This document shows positions 36,301 through 46,293 of a stretch of 64,000 nt of DNA, piece after piece. Under the pieces are notes generated by a model. The model worked only from the letters and a program-made list of their open reading frames with translations, made no database searches and was not told the origin of the DNA. The position numbers and the translations under genes are program-made. The DNA is from a virus (Duplodnaviria; Caudoviricetes). The stretch covers positions 1,144-65,143 of IMG/VR virus record IMGVR_UViG_3300033521_000004. One strand, written 5' to 3'. How positions within the stretch are numbered: position 1 is the first letter of the stretch; each line of letters opens with the position of its first letter.

Positions 36301-37872
36301 ATGAATGAAGCACTGACAGAATTAGTGAAGCGCCGTGTCGAAGCCAAGCGGGCCGAGGATGCAGCAGCCGATACTCGCAAGAAGATCGACTCTGAAATCG
36401 CGGCCGCTTTGGCCAAGGCCGACACACTTGAAGGAACCGTGAGCGAAAAGCTCGAAGGCTTCAAGGTCGCCGTCACTTATGGCATCACCCGCAAGGTCGA
36501 TGTCGAAAAAATCCGCAACGACTGGGCCAAGCTCCCCAAGGAAGTACAGGACTCTATCAACTGGAAGGCCGAGCTTTCCGTGAGCAAGTTCCGCGCTCTG
36601 GAAGGTGAAGCCGCGCTCACGATGAGCAACTATGTTGAATCCAAACCGGCCTCGCCGTCGGTGAAAGTGGAGATCCTGTAATGGACAAAAATATCGCAGC
36701 AATCCTGCGTGAAGATACGCGCACCGTAGGGGTCGCATTCCTTAGCCCGCTGGGCGAGCCTTCTCGCACCTACCGCTACATCACCGACTTGCAACTGGAG
36801 GTCGGCGATACCGTCGTCGTGCCTGCCGGCGGTGACGACGAGTGGAAGATCGGCGAAGTCATGGCCGTTGACTCTGACCTCGAAATCGAACCCAACGCCA
36901 CCATGAAGTTCAAGTGGGTCGTGGACAAGATCGACCTCAAGCGCCACCGCCTGAACATGGAGCGCAACGAGGAAATCGAAAAGCGGCTGGCCAAGACCTA
37001 CCGCAGCCACGCACGCCAAGCCTACGCGAGCCAGTTCCTGCTGAACGCTGATCCTGACGTTGTGGCCTTGGTCAAGGGGGAGGCTCCCAATGTCTAAAGA
37101 TTCCGACGAGTATTTTGAAGAGCTGAAAAAGGCCGTGCCAGAACTCATTGGCAAGATCGGTGACCTCGTGAAAGACACACTGCTGGAGCATCAAGTCGTG
37201 GTCGGCGTGCCTACGGCCGTGCTCGCCTTGGCCAACGTGACTGCCATGACCATCGGCGCCATCCCCGAAGAGAGCCAGCGCAAAAATCTGGCCCAGATGT
37301 TTGATGACGAGTACGGCAAGCAGCTAGAACAAACGAAGCGCATCGCCACGGCGTTTGACATCTTGGCCGGAGCACTGGAGAAAAAGCACCATGCCTAAAG
37401 TCACCATCACCCTCGAAGACGAGGACGACGGCAACGTCAACATCGGCGCCGACTTTGGCGACTTTGTCGAGCAGACCAGCCAAGCGCACCAGATGGGCAT
37501 TGTCCTGCTGGAGTCCGTGCTGCGCAGCTCCAAGAGCTACACCAAGATCGAGGACTCTGCGCCCGACATCAACGTGGAACCCAGCAAAATCATCGTACCG
37601 GAGTAACCGACGTGACTAAAGACCAGCTTGACTCCTATGCCGAAGGGCTAAGACAAGGCGCTGAAAGAATGAACAGGGCGTATGCGAGTACAGCCACATA
37701 CTTAATGGCCCAAGAAGTCCGGGTTCTTATTTGTTCCCTTAATGCAGCGCACAACGTCCGTGACGAAATGGCCTTTATGTCAGCTATTGAAGTAGCAAAG
37801 CTGACGTTATCAAAGTACGCGAATTTCAACGATGAAGACTGGTCATTGTTTCAACCGCACAAACCACTTTAA
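36301..37872 (+). CDS. Hypothetical genes: 36301-36681, 36681-37097, 37090-37398, 37391-37606, 37612-37872
   Basis: Coupled ORFs; the last is AT-richer. Confidence 0.6.
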
Positions 37873-37884
37873 GGAACCTACAAC

Positions 37885-38646
37885 ATGGCATTCGACCTCT
37901 CTTCCATTACCAAGGGCAAGCGCCTTCGCGCTCCCAAAGTCGTGATCTATGGCCCGCCCAAGATCGGCAAGTCCACCTTTGCGGCCACGGCACCCAACGC
38001 CATTGGCATCCTGACCGAGGAAGGCTTGGACAACATCGACGTGGCTGCATTCCCTCTGTGCACCACCTACGCTGACGCGCTCACGGCCATCAACACCCTG
38101 CGCGTTGACCCCCACGAGTTCCAGACCGTGTTTGTGGACTCGCTGGACTGGCTGGAGCCTCTGATCTTGGCCAAGGTGTGCGGCGACAAGGGCGTCAAGA
38201 ACATCGAGGACATTGGCTACGGCAAGGGCTACATCATGGCCGACGACCTGTGGCGCCAGTTCTTCGCGGCTCTGGACACCCTGCGTAACGAGCGCAACAT
38301 GACCGTGATCTGCATCGCCCACGAGCAGATCAACAAGGTGCGCAACCCGACGCTGGCCGAGGACTATGACGCCTACTCGCTCAAGCTCAACAAGCGGGCC
38401 GTGGCCATCATCAGCGAGTGGGCCGACGTGATCGGGTTCTGCGCCCACGAGGTCATGACCCGTCAGGTTGACTCTGGTTTCCAGCAAAAGGAAACCAAGG
38501 CGATCACCACCGGCCAGCGCAAGCTGCACACCAACCCGAACGCCGCCTACGTTGCGGGCAACCGGTACGGCATGCCCGACTGCCTGCTGAACTGGGCCGC
38601 TTTTCAGACCACGCTCGGCGCGGCCATGACTTCGCCCTCGAAGTAA
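37885..38646 (+). CDS. AAA_24 ATPase (Sak4-like annealing/recombination protein)
   Basis: IYGPPKIGKST Walker A, VFVDSLDWLE, ICIAHE, WADVIGF. Confidence 0.9.
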   Translation: MAFDLSSITKGKRLRAPKVVIYGPPKIGKSTFAATAPNAIGILTEEGLDNIDVAAFPLCTTYADALTAINTLRVDPHEFQTVFVDSLDWLEPLILAKVCGDKGVKNIEDIGYGKGYIMADDLWRQFFAALDTLRNERNMTVICIAHEQINKVRNPTLAEDYDAYSLKLNKRAVAIISEWADVIGFCAHEVMTRQVDSGFQQKETKAITTGQRKLHTNPNAAYVAGNRYGMPDCLLNWAAFQTTLGAAMTSPSK

Positions 38647-38681
38647 AGTTTTTCTCAACTGCCACACGAAAGGATTGAACG

Positions 38682-39194
38682 ATGGCAAATCTCGCAGGCT
38701 TTGATGCCTCCCAAGTACCCGAACAGCAGGACTTCGCAGCCCTGCCCGAGGGTCAATATGTGGCCATTGCCACCAGCTCGGAAGAGAAGGTGACCAAGGC
38801 CGGCACCGGCAAGTACCTCCAGATCACCTTCGAGGTGATGGACGGCCCCGCCAAGGGCCGCAAGCTCTGGGCACGCCTGAACCTCTGGAACCCCAACCAG
38901 ACGGCCAAGGAAATTGCGCAGCGTGAGCTGGGCGCCCTGTGCCGTGCGGTGGGCGTCATTCGCCCCAATGACAGCTCCGAGCTGCACAACAAACCTCTGG
39001 TGCTGACCGTCAAGGTCGAGCTGGACGACAAGCAGCGCCAGAGCAACACCATCAGCAAGTACGAGCCGCTGCCGCAGGCCGGCATGCCTGCCGCGCCCCC
39101 GGCCGCGCCCCAAGCCCAAGCCCCAGCGTTCCAAAGCGCATCTGCTGCGCCTGCCGCCGCTGCGGCACCGGCCTCGATGCCTTGGGCACGCTAA
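38682..39194 (+). CDS. DUF669-like ssDNA-binding protein
   Basis: FAALPEGQYVA, GKYLQITFEV..GP.KGRKLW; Pro/Ala tail ending PW. Confidence 0.85.
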   Translation: MANLAGFDASQVPEQQDFAALPEGQYVAIATSSEEKVTKAGTGKYLQITFEVMDGPAKGRKLWARLNLWNPNQTAKEIAQRELGALCRAVGVIRPNDSSELHNKPLVLTVKVELDDKQRQSNTISKYEPLPQAGMPAAPPAAPQAQAPAFQSASAAPAAAAAPASMPWAR

Positions 39195-39201
39195 TCCATT
39201 A

Positions 39202-39269
39202 GGGCCGAAAGCAGATGCTGGTGTGCTGGGAGTCCCCGGTGCAGATCAACCAGTGCAGCGAGTAGGCCC
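39202..39269 (+). ncRNA. Candidate structured RNA with a loop-E-like motif
   Basis: GGGCC-GAAAGC...GCGAGUA-GGCCC closing nested stems CUGGU/ACCAG and GUGCUGGG/CCCGGUGC. Confidence 0.5.
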
Positions 39270-39299
39270 ACTCTTTTCCCTCAACTCCGAAAGGAAATC

Positions 39300-39751
39300 A
39301 TGACTGAAAAAGTCGCATTCAACCCGGCCAGCGTGCCGATCAACTACACCCTCAACTTCCAACAAGTTGACTTGATCTTGAAGGGTCTGCGCGAGCTGCC
39401 CCGCAAAGAGTCCGAGGGCTTCTACGACCAGTTCCGCGCGGTGGCCGTGCAGACCATCCAAGCTGCCGAGCACTTGCACGACAACCCGCCCGAACTCGAA
39501 ACGACAGCGGCCCCAGAAACCGAGCGTGCGGGAGGTACTGACTAATGGCCACCCGCATCTATGTTGTTGGAGACAAGCAAGGCGCCACGCAGCGACTGGT
39601 TCGCGCTGGCAATCAGGCTCAAGCCCTGCGCCACGTTGCCAAGGATCGCTTCGAGGTCAAGGTCGCTGACCAAAACACGCTGGTCTTCTTGATGGAGAAC
39701 GGCGCCAAGGTCGAAACGGCTGAAACCGAGACGGTGGAGCAGCCGGCGTGA
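39300..39751 (+). CDS. Two small hypothetical genes: 39300-39545, 39545-39751
   Basis: RBS AAGGA; coupled. Confidence 0.65.
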
Positions 39752-40269
39752 TGCTGTTTATCGGCACCAAGCTGGTCAAGTCGCGTCCTATGACGCGGCT
39801 TGAATACAACCTGTACCGCGAGTGGGAACTTCCTGCGAACGAGAACGGCACCGACGAAGGCTATCTGGTCGAGTACATGGACGGCGGCAAGCCTAACCAC
39901 CCTGCCCACCATGGCTATATCAGTTGGAGTCCGAAGGCCCAGTTTGATAACGCCTACCGCCCATCGAATGCCATGACGTTCGGGATGGCCTTGGAAGCCC
40001 TAAAGCAGGGCCACAAGGTCGCCCGCTCCGGTTGGAACGGTAAGGGTATGTGGCTGAGTTTGTCCGGGCCGGTTGAGGGGAGAGTGATTTCCCCCGAACT
40101 GTTTTGGTCAAAGAACAACCGCGACTGGGCCGAGAAGCGAGGCGGCGCATTGGTGTTGCCCTGCATCACCATGAAGACGATCGACTCTAGTGGCCGCGAG
40201 GGGATCTTGATGGGCTGGCTTGCCAGTCAGACTGACATTCTGGCCGAAGACTGGGAGATTGTTCTATGA
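39748..40269 (+). CDS. Two-domain protein ending in DUF2829 (Tad2-like)
   Basis: MTFGMALEALKQGHKVARSGWNGKGMW...GWLASQTDILAEDWEIV; separate N-terminal GTK..K.RPM...GYLVEY.DG...YISWSPK..F domain. Confidence 0.8.
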   Translation: MMLFIGTKLVKSRPMTRLEYNLYREWELPANENGTDEGYLVEYMDGGKPNHPAHHGYISWSPKAQFDNAYRPSNAMTFGMALEALKQGHKVARSGWNGKGMWLSLSGPVEGRVISPELFWSKNNRDWAEKRGGALVLPCITMKTIDSSGREGILMGWLASQTDILAEDWEIVL

Positions 40270-40532
40270 AGCTGACCCAAGAAGACATCGAGAGCGTAAT
40301 CGTTCACGAGCAGTACCACGTCTTTCCCGGCACGACGGTAACGGTGTGCTGCCTGACGTTACTCAACGGGTTCAATGCAGTTGGCGAGTCGGCCTGCGTT
40401 GACCCCAAGAACTTCAATGCCGAGATGGGCCGCAAGATTGCGCGTGACAACGCATTCGATGTGGCTTGGAAGGTTGAAGGCTACCTGCTCAAGCAGCGCA
40501 TGTTTGAAGAGAGCAGAGCGTCCGACTCCTGA
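40266..40532 (+). CDS. Phage_gp49_66 family protein (Acb4-like)
   Basis: TVTVCCLTLLNGFNAVGESACVDPKNFNAEMGRKIARDNAFDVAWKVEGYLL. Confidence 0.8.
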   Translation: MKLTQEDIESVIVHEQYHVFPGTTVTVCCLTLLNGFNAVGESACVDPKNFNAEMGRKIARDNAFDVAWKVEGYLLKQRMFEESRASDS

Positions 40533-40565
40533 CGCGGTCACCCGGTAAACGCTGCCGGTCTGCGA

Positions 40566-40922
40566 ATGCGTGACACCCCGGAGAGACGGGGGCACTACCA
40601 AAGGATGTACGAAATGAATTACCAAGAAGAATGCCGGAAAATGATGATCCACATGGGTTGCAACTTTTCCAGCGACCAGTTTGCAGAAATGATTGAGGCA
40701 ATGGCCGTGGCGATTGCCCGCACCATGGCCCTGATCGAAGACCACGACCAGATGCACGAGGCCTTGGAGAAACTGTGCGAAGCCATGCAAAAAGACGCAT
40801 GCCACCACCACGCCTTCTTGCACAAGGTCAAAGAGGAAAAAGCAAAAGCAGATGGCGTGCGCTTTATCAATGCCGAAGATTTCCTACGCGACATCTTCAA
40901 GCCGGAGAAGTTCAATGGCTGA
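40566..40922 (+). CDS. Hypothetical protein
   Basis: Met/His-rich helical ORF; start uncertain. Confidence 0.5.
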   Translation: MRDTPERRGHYQRMYEMNYQEECRKMMIHMGCNFSSDQFAEMIEAMAVAIARTMALIEDHDQMHEALEKLCEAMQKDACHHHAFLHKVKEEKAKADGVRFINAEDFLRDIFKPEKFNG

Positions 40923-42006
40923 TCTAACCGGTGCAATTGACCCGATTGTCAGCGCCATCTACGAGGCCTATCACAAGGCCGGGAGCGTCGAGGCCAGCCG
41001 CGCCTATCTGGGTGCGTCGATCATCGGTAAAGAGTGCAGCCGCGCACTCTGGTACGACTTCCGCTGGGCCAGCAAGGCCGACTTCGACGGGCGCATGTAC
41101 CGCCTGTTCCAGACCGGACACTTGGAAGAGCCGCGCATGGTGGCCGACCTCCGTGCCATTGGTGCCGAGGTATTCGACGTGAACCCGGCCAATGGCAAGC
41201 AGTTCGGCTTCGTTGACCACGCTGGCCACATGCGCGGCCACATGGACGGCTGCGCCCGCAATATCCCCGGTGGCGGTGGCAAGTGGCACGTCCTTGAGTT
41301 CAAGACCCACTCGGCCAAGAGCTTTGCCGACCTGACCAAGAACGGGGTGAAGAAGTCCAAGCCGCAGCACTACGACCAGATGCAGTGGTACATGGGCCAG
41401 AGCGGCATGGATCGCGCTCTGTACTTGGCCAAAAACAAAGACACCGAAGAGCTGTACAGCGAGCGCGTGCCATTCGACAAGGTGCGCTTCGAGCAGATCC
41501 AAGTCCGTGCCCCGAGCGTGATCTTCGCCGAGACGCCGCCCTCGAAGCTCTCCGAAGACCCAAGTTACTACGTCTGCAAGATGTGCGACCACCGCCCTGT
41601 GTGCCACCTTGGCCGTGTTCCTGCCGTCTCTTGCCGAACTTGTGTGCACTCCACCCCGGAGCAGCAGGGAGATGGTCGCTGGTCATGTGCAAAGACCGGC
41701 ACGCCAGATCCAAACATCAACAGCATCCCGATCAACGTGCAGCGGGCCGGTTGCCCCCAGCATCTTCCCTTGCCGTTTCTGTTGACCTACGCCGAGCCGG
41801 TGGATGCTGGGGATGGCTGGATTCACTTCAAGCGCAAGGACAACGGCAAAGAGTTCATCGTGACCACGGGCCAAGTGCCTTTCGCGCCGCAGGAATACCC
41901 GCTGTATTCGACGCAAGAAATCAGCGCCGCTGCCGACCACAAGGCTATTTGCGACCCCGGCATCGAAGACTACCGCCAGAAGTTCGGCGCAACGATTGTG
42001 GGGTGA
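40915..42006 (+). CDS. Cas4/RecB-like PD-(D/E)XK exonuclease with Cys clusters
   Basis: YLGASIIGKECSRALWY, GHMDG, LEFKT, HYDQMQWYM, CKMCDHRPVC, CRTCVH; start at ATG 40915. Confidence 0.85.
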   Translation: MADLTGAIDPIVSAIYEAYHKAGSVEASRAYLGASIIGKECSRALWYDFRWASKADFDGRMYRLFQTGHLEEPRMVADLRAIGAEVFDVNPANGKQFGFVDHAGHMRGHMDGCARNIPGGGGKWHVLEFKTHSAKSFADLTKNGVKKSKPQHYDQMQWYMGQSGMDRALYLAKNKDTEELYSERVPFDKVRFEQIQVRAPSVIFAETPPSKLSEDPSYYVCKMCDHRPVCHLGRVPAVSCRTCVHSTPEQQGDGRWSCAKTGTPDPNINSIPINVQRAGCPQHLPLPFLLTYAEPVDAGDGWIHFKRKDNGKEFIVTTGQVPFAPQEYPLYSTQEISAAADHKAICDPGIEDYRQKFGATIVG

Positions 42007-42009
42007 CGT

Positions 42010-43186
42010 ATGGCCATGCACGTTACCGACGAGCTAAAGCGTAAATTGTTGAGCGGAGAAATTCTGGCCGACGTTCCATTCGACGCAATCGAGATACGCG
42101 GAGACGATTACGGCTTGACTGTCTATTTCATGTATTGCGGCAAGGGAGTGCTGTATCAAAAAGTACCCCCTGTTCGGTTTGATATTGGCGAGACGCTGAC
42201 CATCACCGGATTTGACGGAGTAGTAAAGATCGGAGTGACTGTATGACTTTCCACGTCCCCAACAAATACCGCGTCCGTGGTGGCCGCTTGGCCAGCACCG
42301 AGGCCTATGGCAACAACGGCGCCTTTGAAATCCCTCTCAAGCACGGCCAGCGCGTGTTCGTGATGTCGGGAGATGGCCTTGGCTGGGAGCACGTCAGTGT
42401 GTCTCGCAAAGATCGCTGCCCCACATGGGACGAGATGTGCCAGATCAAAGACCTGTTCTGGGATGACACCGATTGCGTGGTGCAGTACCACCCGCCGCGC
42501 AGCGAGTACGTCAACAACCACCCGTATTGCCTGCACCTTTGGCGTCAGATCGGTGCAGAGTTTCCTCTTCCTGACAGCATCATGGTTGGGACAACAGCAT
42601 GATTGAAGAAACAAAAGCAGTCCAGCGATGGGCAGTAGAGGCGCATGAAGGCGGCGGCTTTGTTGCAGTGGGTGACTACATGACGCTCCGCGCAGAGAAC
42701 AAGCGGCTGAACAAAGGCTTGGCAGATGCGAACCTGTTGGCATTCAAACACGCCCAAGAGATTGAGCGACTCCGCGAGAAGTTGTCCTTACAAGAACAAA
42801 ACCGCTCGGCAATTGAGCAAAAGGAACCCAGTTTGTCCCCACAGGAGCAAGCGGAGCCGGTGGCGTGGATGAGCAACGGTGGTTGCGGGTCGGTTATTGC
42901 AGCAGAAGAAAAGAGTGATGGGTTTGCATACACCGAAAGGTTTTGCATCCCACTCTACACCGCACCCCAAGGCCAAACAGTCAACGCAGAACTAAGGTGC
43001 GTCATATCTGACCTTGGCGATCAGGTGCGTGAACGTGATGCCCTGCTGCGGCAGGCTCTGGAACAGCTCCGATGCAACACAGACAACATGAACAAGGGTA
43101 TGAGCAAGTCAATTCAGAGGCTGTGTGCTCGTGAAAACAAAGCAGTCATCCAATCCATCAAACAGCACTTAGGTGAAGCAACATGA
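42010..43186 (+). CDS. Three genes: 42010-42246, 42243-42602 (DUF7694-like), 42599-43186
   Basis: Middle ORF WEHVSVS...PTWDEMC..K..FW...QYHP...YVNNHPYCLHLW; the flanking ORFs are AT-richer. Confidence 0.6.
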
Positions 43187-44817
43187 TCACGCTGCGCCCC
43201 TACCAACGCGAGGCCATCAATGCCATCTGGGCCTACTTTGGCGAGCACACGGGCAATCCGCTGATCGTCCTACCCACGGGCGCGGGAAAAAGCCTGACCA
43301 TGGCCGCGTTCATCGCCGAGGCCATGGCCGCGTACTCCGGCATGAATGTGCTGCTGCTCACCCACGTCAAGGAACTGATCGAGCAAGACGCCAAGGCCAT
43401 CATCAACTACTGGCACGATGCGCCTATCGGCATCTGGTCTGCTGGTGTTGGCCAGAAGGTCAAAGACCAGATCACCGTGGCTGGCATCCAGTCCATCCAC
43501 AAGCTGCCGGCCAAGTTTGCCAGCACCGACCTCGTGATCATTGACGAGGCCCATCTGGTGCCGCGCAACAGCGACACCATGTACCGGCGCTTTCTCGACG
43601 CCCTGATCAAGTACAACCCCAAGATCAAGGTGATCGGGCTGACGGCCACGCACTACCGCATGGACTCTGGCCTGCTGACCGAAGGCTCCAGCCGGATCTT
43701 CACCGACGTGGCCTACGAGGCCGACGTGGGCACGCTGATCAAGGATGGCTGGCTCTGCCCTCTGGTGGCCAAGAACGGCGCCACCAAGGCCGATTTGGCC
43801 AAGGTGCATACCCGTGGCGGCGAGTACGTCGAGAAAGAGCTGCAAGACGCCATGGACAAGACGCACCTGATCGAGGGTGCACTGGACGAGGTCGCCCAGT
43901 ACGCAGCCGACCGCAAGCACGTCCTTGGGTTCTGCGCCGGAGTGGAGCACGCCGCGCACTGCGCAGAGCTGGCCCGCGCTCGCGGCTGGACTGCTGCCCA
44001 CGTCAGCGGTGACATGGCCGCAGGAGAGCGCGACCGCATCATTGGTGACTTCAAGACCGGTCGCATTCGCTTCCTCTTCAATGCCAACCTGCTGACCACC
44101 GGCTTCGATGCGCCGCACATCGACTGCATCATCATGCTGCGCCCGACCAAGTCCACCGGCTTGTATGTGCAGATCATGGGCCGGGGGTTGAGAAAACATC
44201 AAGACAAGGAAAACACCCTCGTGCTGGACTTCGCCGGCAACATCGAGCGCCATGGCCCCATCGACCAGATCCGCGTTAAGCGCAAGGGCGAGAAGGGCGA
44301 CAGCGTATCGGTGGCTCCAGTGAAGGAATGCCCGGACTGCCACGAGCTGCTGGCCACTATGGTCATGGTGTGCCCCCAGTGCGGCCACGAGTTCCCACGG
44401 CAAGCCCCCCACGGCACCGAGGCCAGTGAAGCCGTGCTGGTGGCCGCGCTCGCGCAGCCCAAGGTCTACGCCGTGGATTCTGTCGAGTACGAAACGCATC
44501 ACAAGGCCGGTAAAGATCCGAGCCTAAAGGTCACCTACTGGTGTGGCCCGTCTTCCTTTGTTGAATGGGTGCCAATCGAGGACGAGCGCCACTTCGTCAG
44601 GAAGCATGCAATCTACTGGTTCTACAAGCGCAAGCTGGCATGCCCCGATACCGTTGAGAAGGCTCTGGCCATGATCGACAAGATCCCAGCCCCGGACACC
44701 ATCACGGTCAAGCTGGACGGCAAGTATTGGCGCGTGATCGACTGCGATATGGGGTCTAGTCGCATGAACATTTCCCAGAAGGTCGGCAGCTACTTGCTTA
44801 TGGGTCGTGCAGCATGA
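43183..44817 (+). CDS. SF2 DEAD/DEAH helicase with zinc ribbon
   Basis: LPTGAGKS, IIDEAH, GLTAT, LTTGFDAP, QIMGRGLR, KECPDC...CPQCG. Confidence 0.95.
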   Translation: MITLRPYQREAINAIWAYFGEHTGNPLIVLPTGAGKSLTMAAFIAEAMAAYSGMNVLLLTHVKELIEQDAKAIINYWHDAPIGIWSAGVGQKVKDQITVAGIQSIHKLPAKFASTDLVIIDEAHLVPRNSDTMYRRFLDALIKYNPKIKVIGLTATHYRMDSGLLTEGSSRIFTDVAYEADVGTLIKDGWLCPLVAKNGATKADLAKVHTRGGEYVEKELQDAMDKTHLIEGALDEVAQYAADRKHVLGFCAGVEHAAHCAELARARGWTAAHVSGDMAAGERDRIIGDFKTGRIRFLFNANLLTTGFDAPHIDCIIMLRPTKSTGLYVQIMGRGLRKHQDKENTLVLDFAGNIERHGPIDQIRVKRKGEKGDSVSVAPVKECPDCHELLATMVMVCPQCGHEFPRQAPHGTEASEAVLVAALAQPKVYAVDSVEYETHHKAGKDPSLKVTYWCGPSSFVEWVPIEDERHFVRKHAIYWFYKRKLACPDTVEKALAMIDKIPAPDTITVKLDGKYWRVIDCDMGSSRMNISQKVGSYLLMGRAA

Positions 44818-45017
44818 GCCGCGCCTACATCGAAGTCCGTATCAACATCGCCCGCCGCGAGCTGGAGTATTGGCAGAACCTCTTGCGCAACAAGTCGTGC
44901 GACGACTGCAAAGAGTTCCAGCAAGGCGTGTGCAACAAGGCCGGGGGGGTGCGCCCTCCCCCCGACATCATCAAGACCGGGTGCCCAGAATGGGACTGGG
45001 ACGAGATTCCCTTCTAG
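44814..45017 (+). CDS. Small Cys-containing protein
   Basis: CDDC..F..G.C...G..PP......CPEW. Confidence 0.6.
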   Translation: MSRAYIEVRINIARRELEYWQNLLRNKSCDDCKEFQQGVCNKAGGVRPPPDIIKTGCPEWDWDEIPF

Positions 45018-45019
45018 CC

Positions 45020-45394
45020 ATGAAGACCCTCACCCTGATCGAAGCCGCTGCGCTTCTTGGCCTGCACCCAGTCACCTTGCAGGGTCGGGCCAAGGCCGGC
45101 GCTATCCCCGGCGCCAAGGTTGGCCGCGAGTGGCGCTTTCTCGACGTTGACCTGATCGAGTATCTGCGTTCACAATATCCTTCCTCCAACCCACAGCCAC
45201 AGCCATGCCGCACGGTCTATACCGCAGGAAAGGCAGCAAAACGTGGTACGTCCTGCTCTACAACAACGGGCAGCGCATTCGAGAAAGCACTCGGACTACC
45301 GATCGCAAAGAAGCCGAGGCGTATTACGACGACCTCCGCGCCCGCCTGCGCACGCAGGAACAATCTGGCATCTCATGGAAAGAGGCCTGCATAG
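45020..45394 (+). CDS. xis: Excisionase-like HTH_17 protein
   Basis: Start at ATG 45020: MKTLTLIEAAALLGLHPVTLQGRAKAGAIPGAKVGREWRF; tail overlaps int. Confidence 0.8.
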   Translation: MKTLTLIEAAALLGLHPVTLQGRAKAGAIPGAKVGREWRFLDVDLIEYLRSQYPSSNPQPQPCRTVYTAGKAAKRGTSCSTTTGSAFEKALGLPIAKKPRRITTTSAPACARRNNLASHGKRPA

Positions 45395-46191
45395 CGTGGC
45401 TCAACGCCGCTCCGCGCTCCGAGAATGACCGCTACATCTTGCGGTCGCTGGGCGACGAAGACTGGCCGCTGCGGGACGTGACTGCCGACTCATTCGACCT
45501 CACCCACCTGACCCCGGCCACCTTCAACCGCTACCGGGCAATCATCGTGGCCGTCTGCCGGTACTCCGGCCACCAGCTCAAGATGCCACTCAAGCCGGTC
45601 AAGAACGGCCGGCTGCGCTTCCTGACGGCCGAGGAATGGAAGCGGCTCTACAAGGAACTGCCAGCGCACTTGAAACCCTTGGCCAAGTTCGCCATCTCCA
45701 CCGGCCTGCGCCAGCGCAACGTGACCATGCTGCGCTGGGATCAGATCGACATGAGCCGTAGCATGCTCTGGATTCACGCCGATCAGGCCAAAGCGAACCG
45801 CGCGATAGGCATCCCCCTATCGACCGACGCCATGGACGTGCTGGTTGGCCAAGATGGCAAGTCAAAAGAGTGGGTCTTCCCGTACAAAGGGCGCGGCCGC
45901 AAACAGGGCGAGCCGATGGTGAAGATCAAGACCGCGTGGACGGCTGCGCTGGAGCGGGCCAAGATCGAGGGATTCACTTGGCATGGCCTTCGCCACACAT
46001 GGGCTAGTTGGCATATCATGGCAGGCACCCCCATCGAAACCTTGGCCAAGCTGGGCGGCTGGGAGGATCTTCGCATGGTGCAACGGTACGCGCACTTATC
46101 CACGGAGCACTTGGCACAGTTCGCCGGCAACGCACTCCCGTGGTCTAGGAAACAGCCACAAAAACAGCCACACAGGAGCGCAGCTTCATAG
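45205..46191 (+). CDS. int: Tyrosine integrase
   Basis: TGLRQRN (R), WHGLRHTWAS (HxxR), LGGW, RYAH (Y). Confidence 0.95.
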   Translation: MPHGLYRRKGSKTWYVLLYNNGQRIRESTRTTDRKEAEAYYDDLRARLRTQEQSGISWKEACIAWLNAAPRSENDRYILRSLGDEDWPLRDVTADSFDLTHLTPATFNRYRAIIVAVCRYSGHQLKMPLKPVKNGRLRFLTAEEWKRLYKELPAHLKPLAKFAISTGLRQRNVTMLRWDQIDMSRSMLWIHADQAKANRAIGIPLSTDAMDVLVGQDGKSKEWVFPYKGRGRKQGEPMVKIKTAWTAALERAKIEGFTWHGLRHTWASWHIMAGTPIETLAKLGGWEDLRMVQRYAHLSTEHLAQFAGNALPWSRKQPQKQPHRSAAS

Positions 46192-46199
46192 GTAATCAG

Positions 46200-46250
46200 A
46201 CCACCTTGACATGGTGGGGGTCGTTGGTTCGAGTCCAATCGCGCCTACCA
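46200..46250 (+). tRNA. 3' fragment of tRNA-Val(GAC) = att core; not a complete tRNA
   Basis: CCACC-TTGACAT-GGTGG anticodon arm, GGTTCGAGTCC T-arm, CCA end; D-arm and 5' acceptor strand absent. Confidence 0.9.
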
Positions 46251-46263
46251 AAATCAAAGACTT

Positions 46264-46293
46264 AGGCCCGGTAACCCCGGGCCTATTTCTTTT
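46264..46293 (+). terminator. Terminator-like hairpin after the att core
   Basis: AGGCCCGG-TAACC-CCGGGCCT followed by ATTTCTTTT. Confidence 0.6.

Noticed and set aside
40915-42006. CRISPR-Cas adaptation gene (Cas4)
   Set aside because: No cas1/cas2 or array; it sits among Sak4, SSB and helicase genes as a phage recombination exonuclease.
46176-46250. Complete tRNA-Val gene
   Set aside because: The D-arm and 5' acceptor strand are missing and upstream sequence is the int 3' end; it is an att core only.
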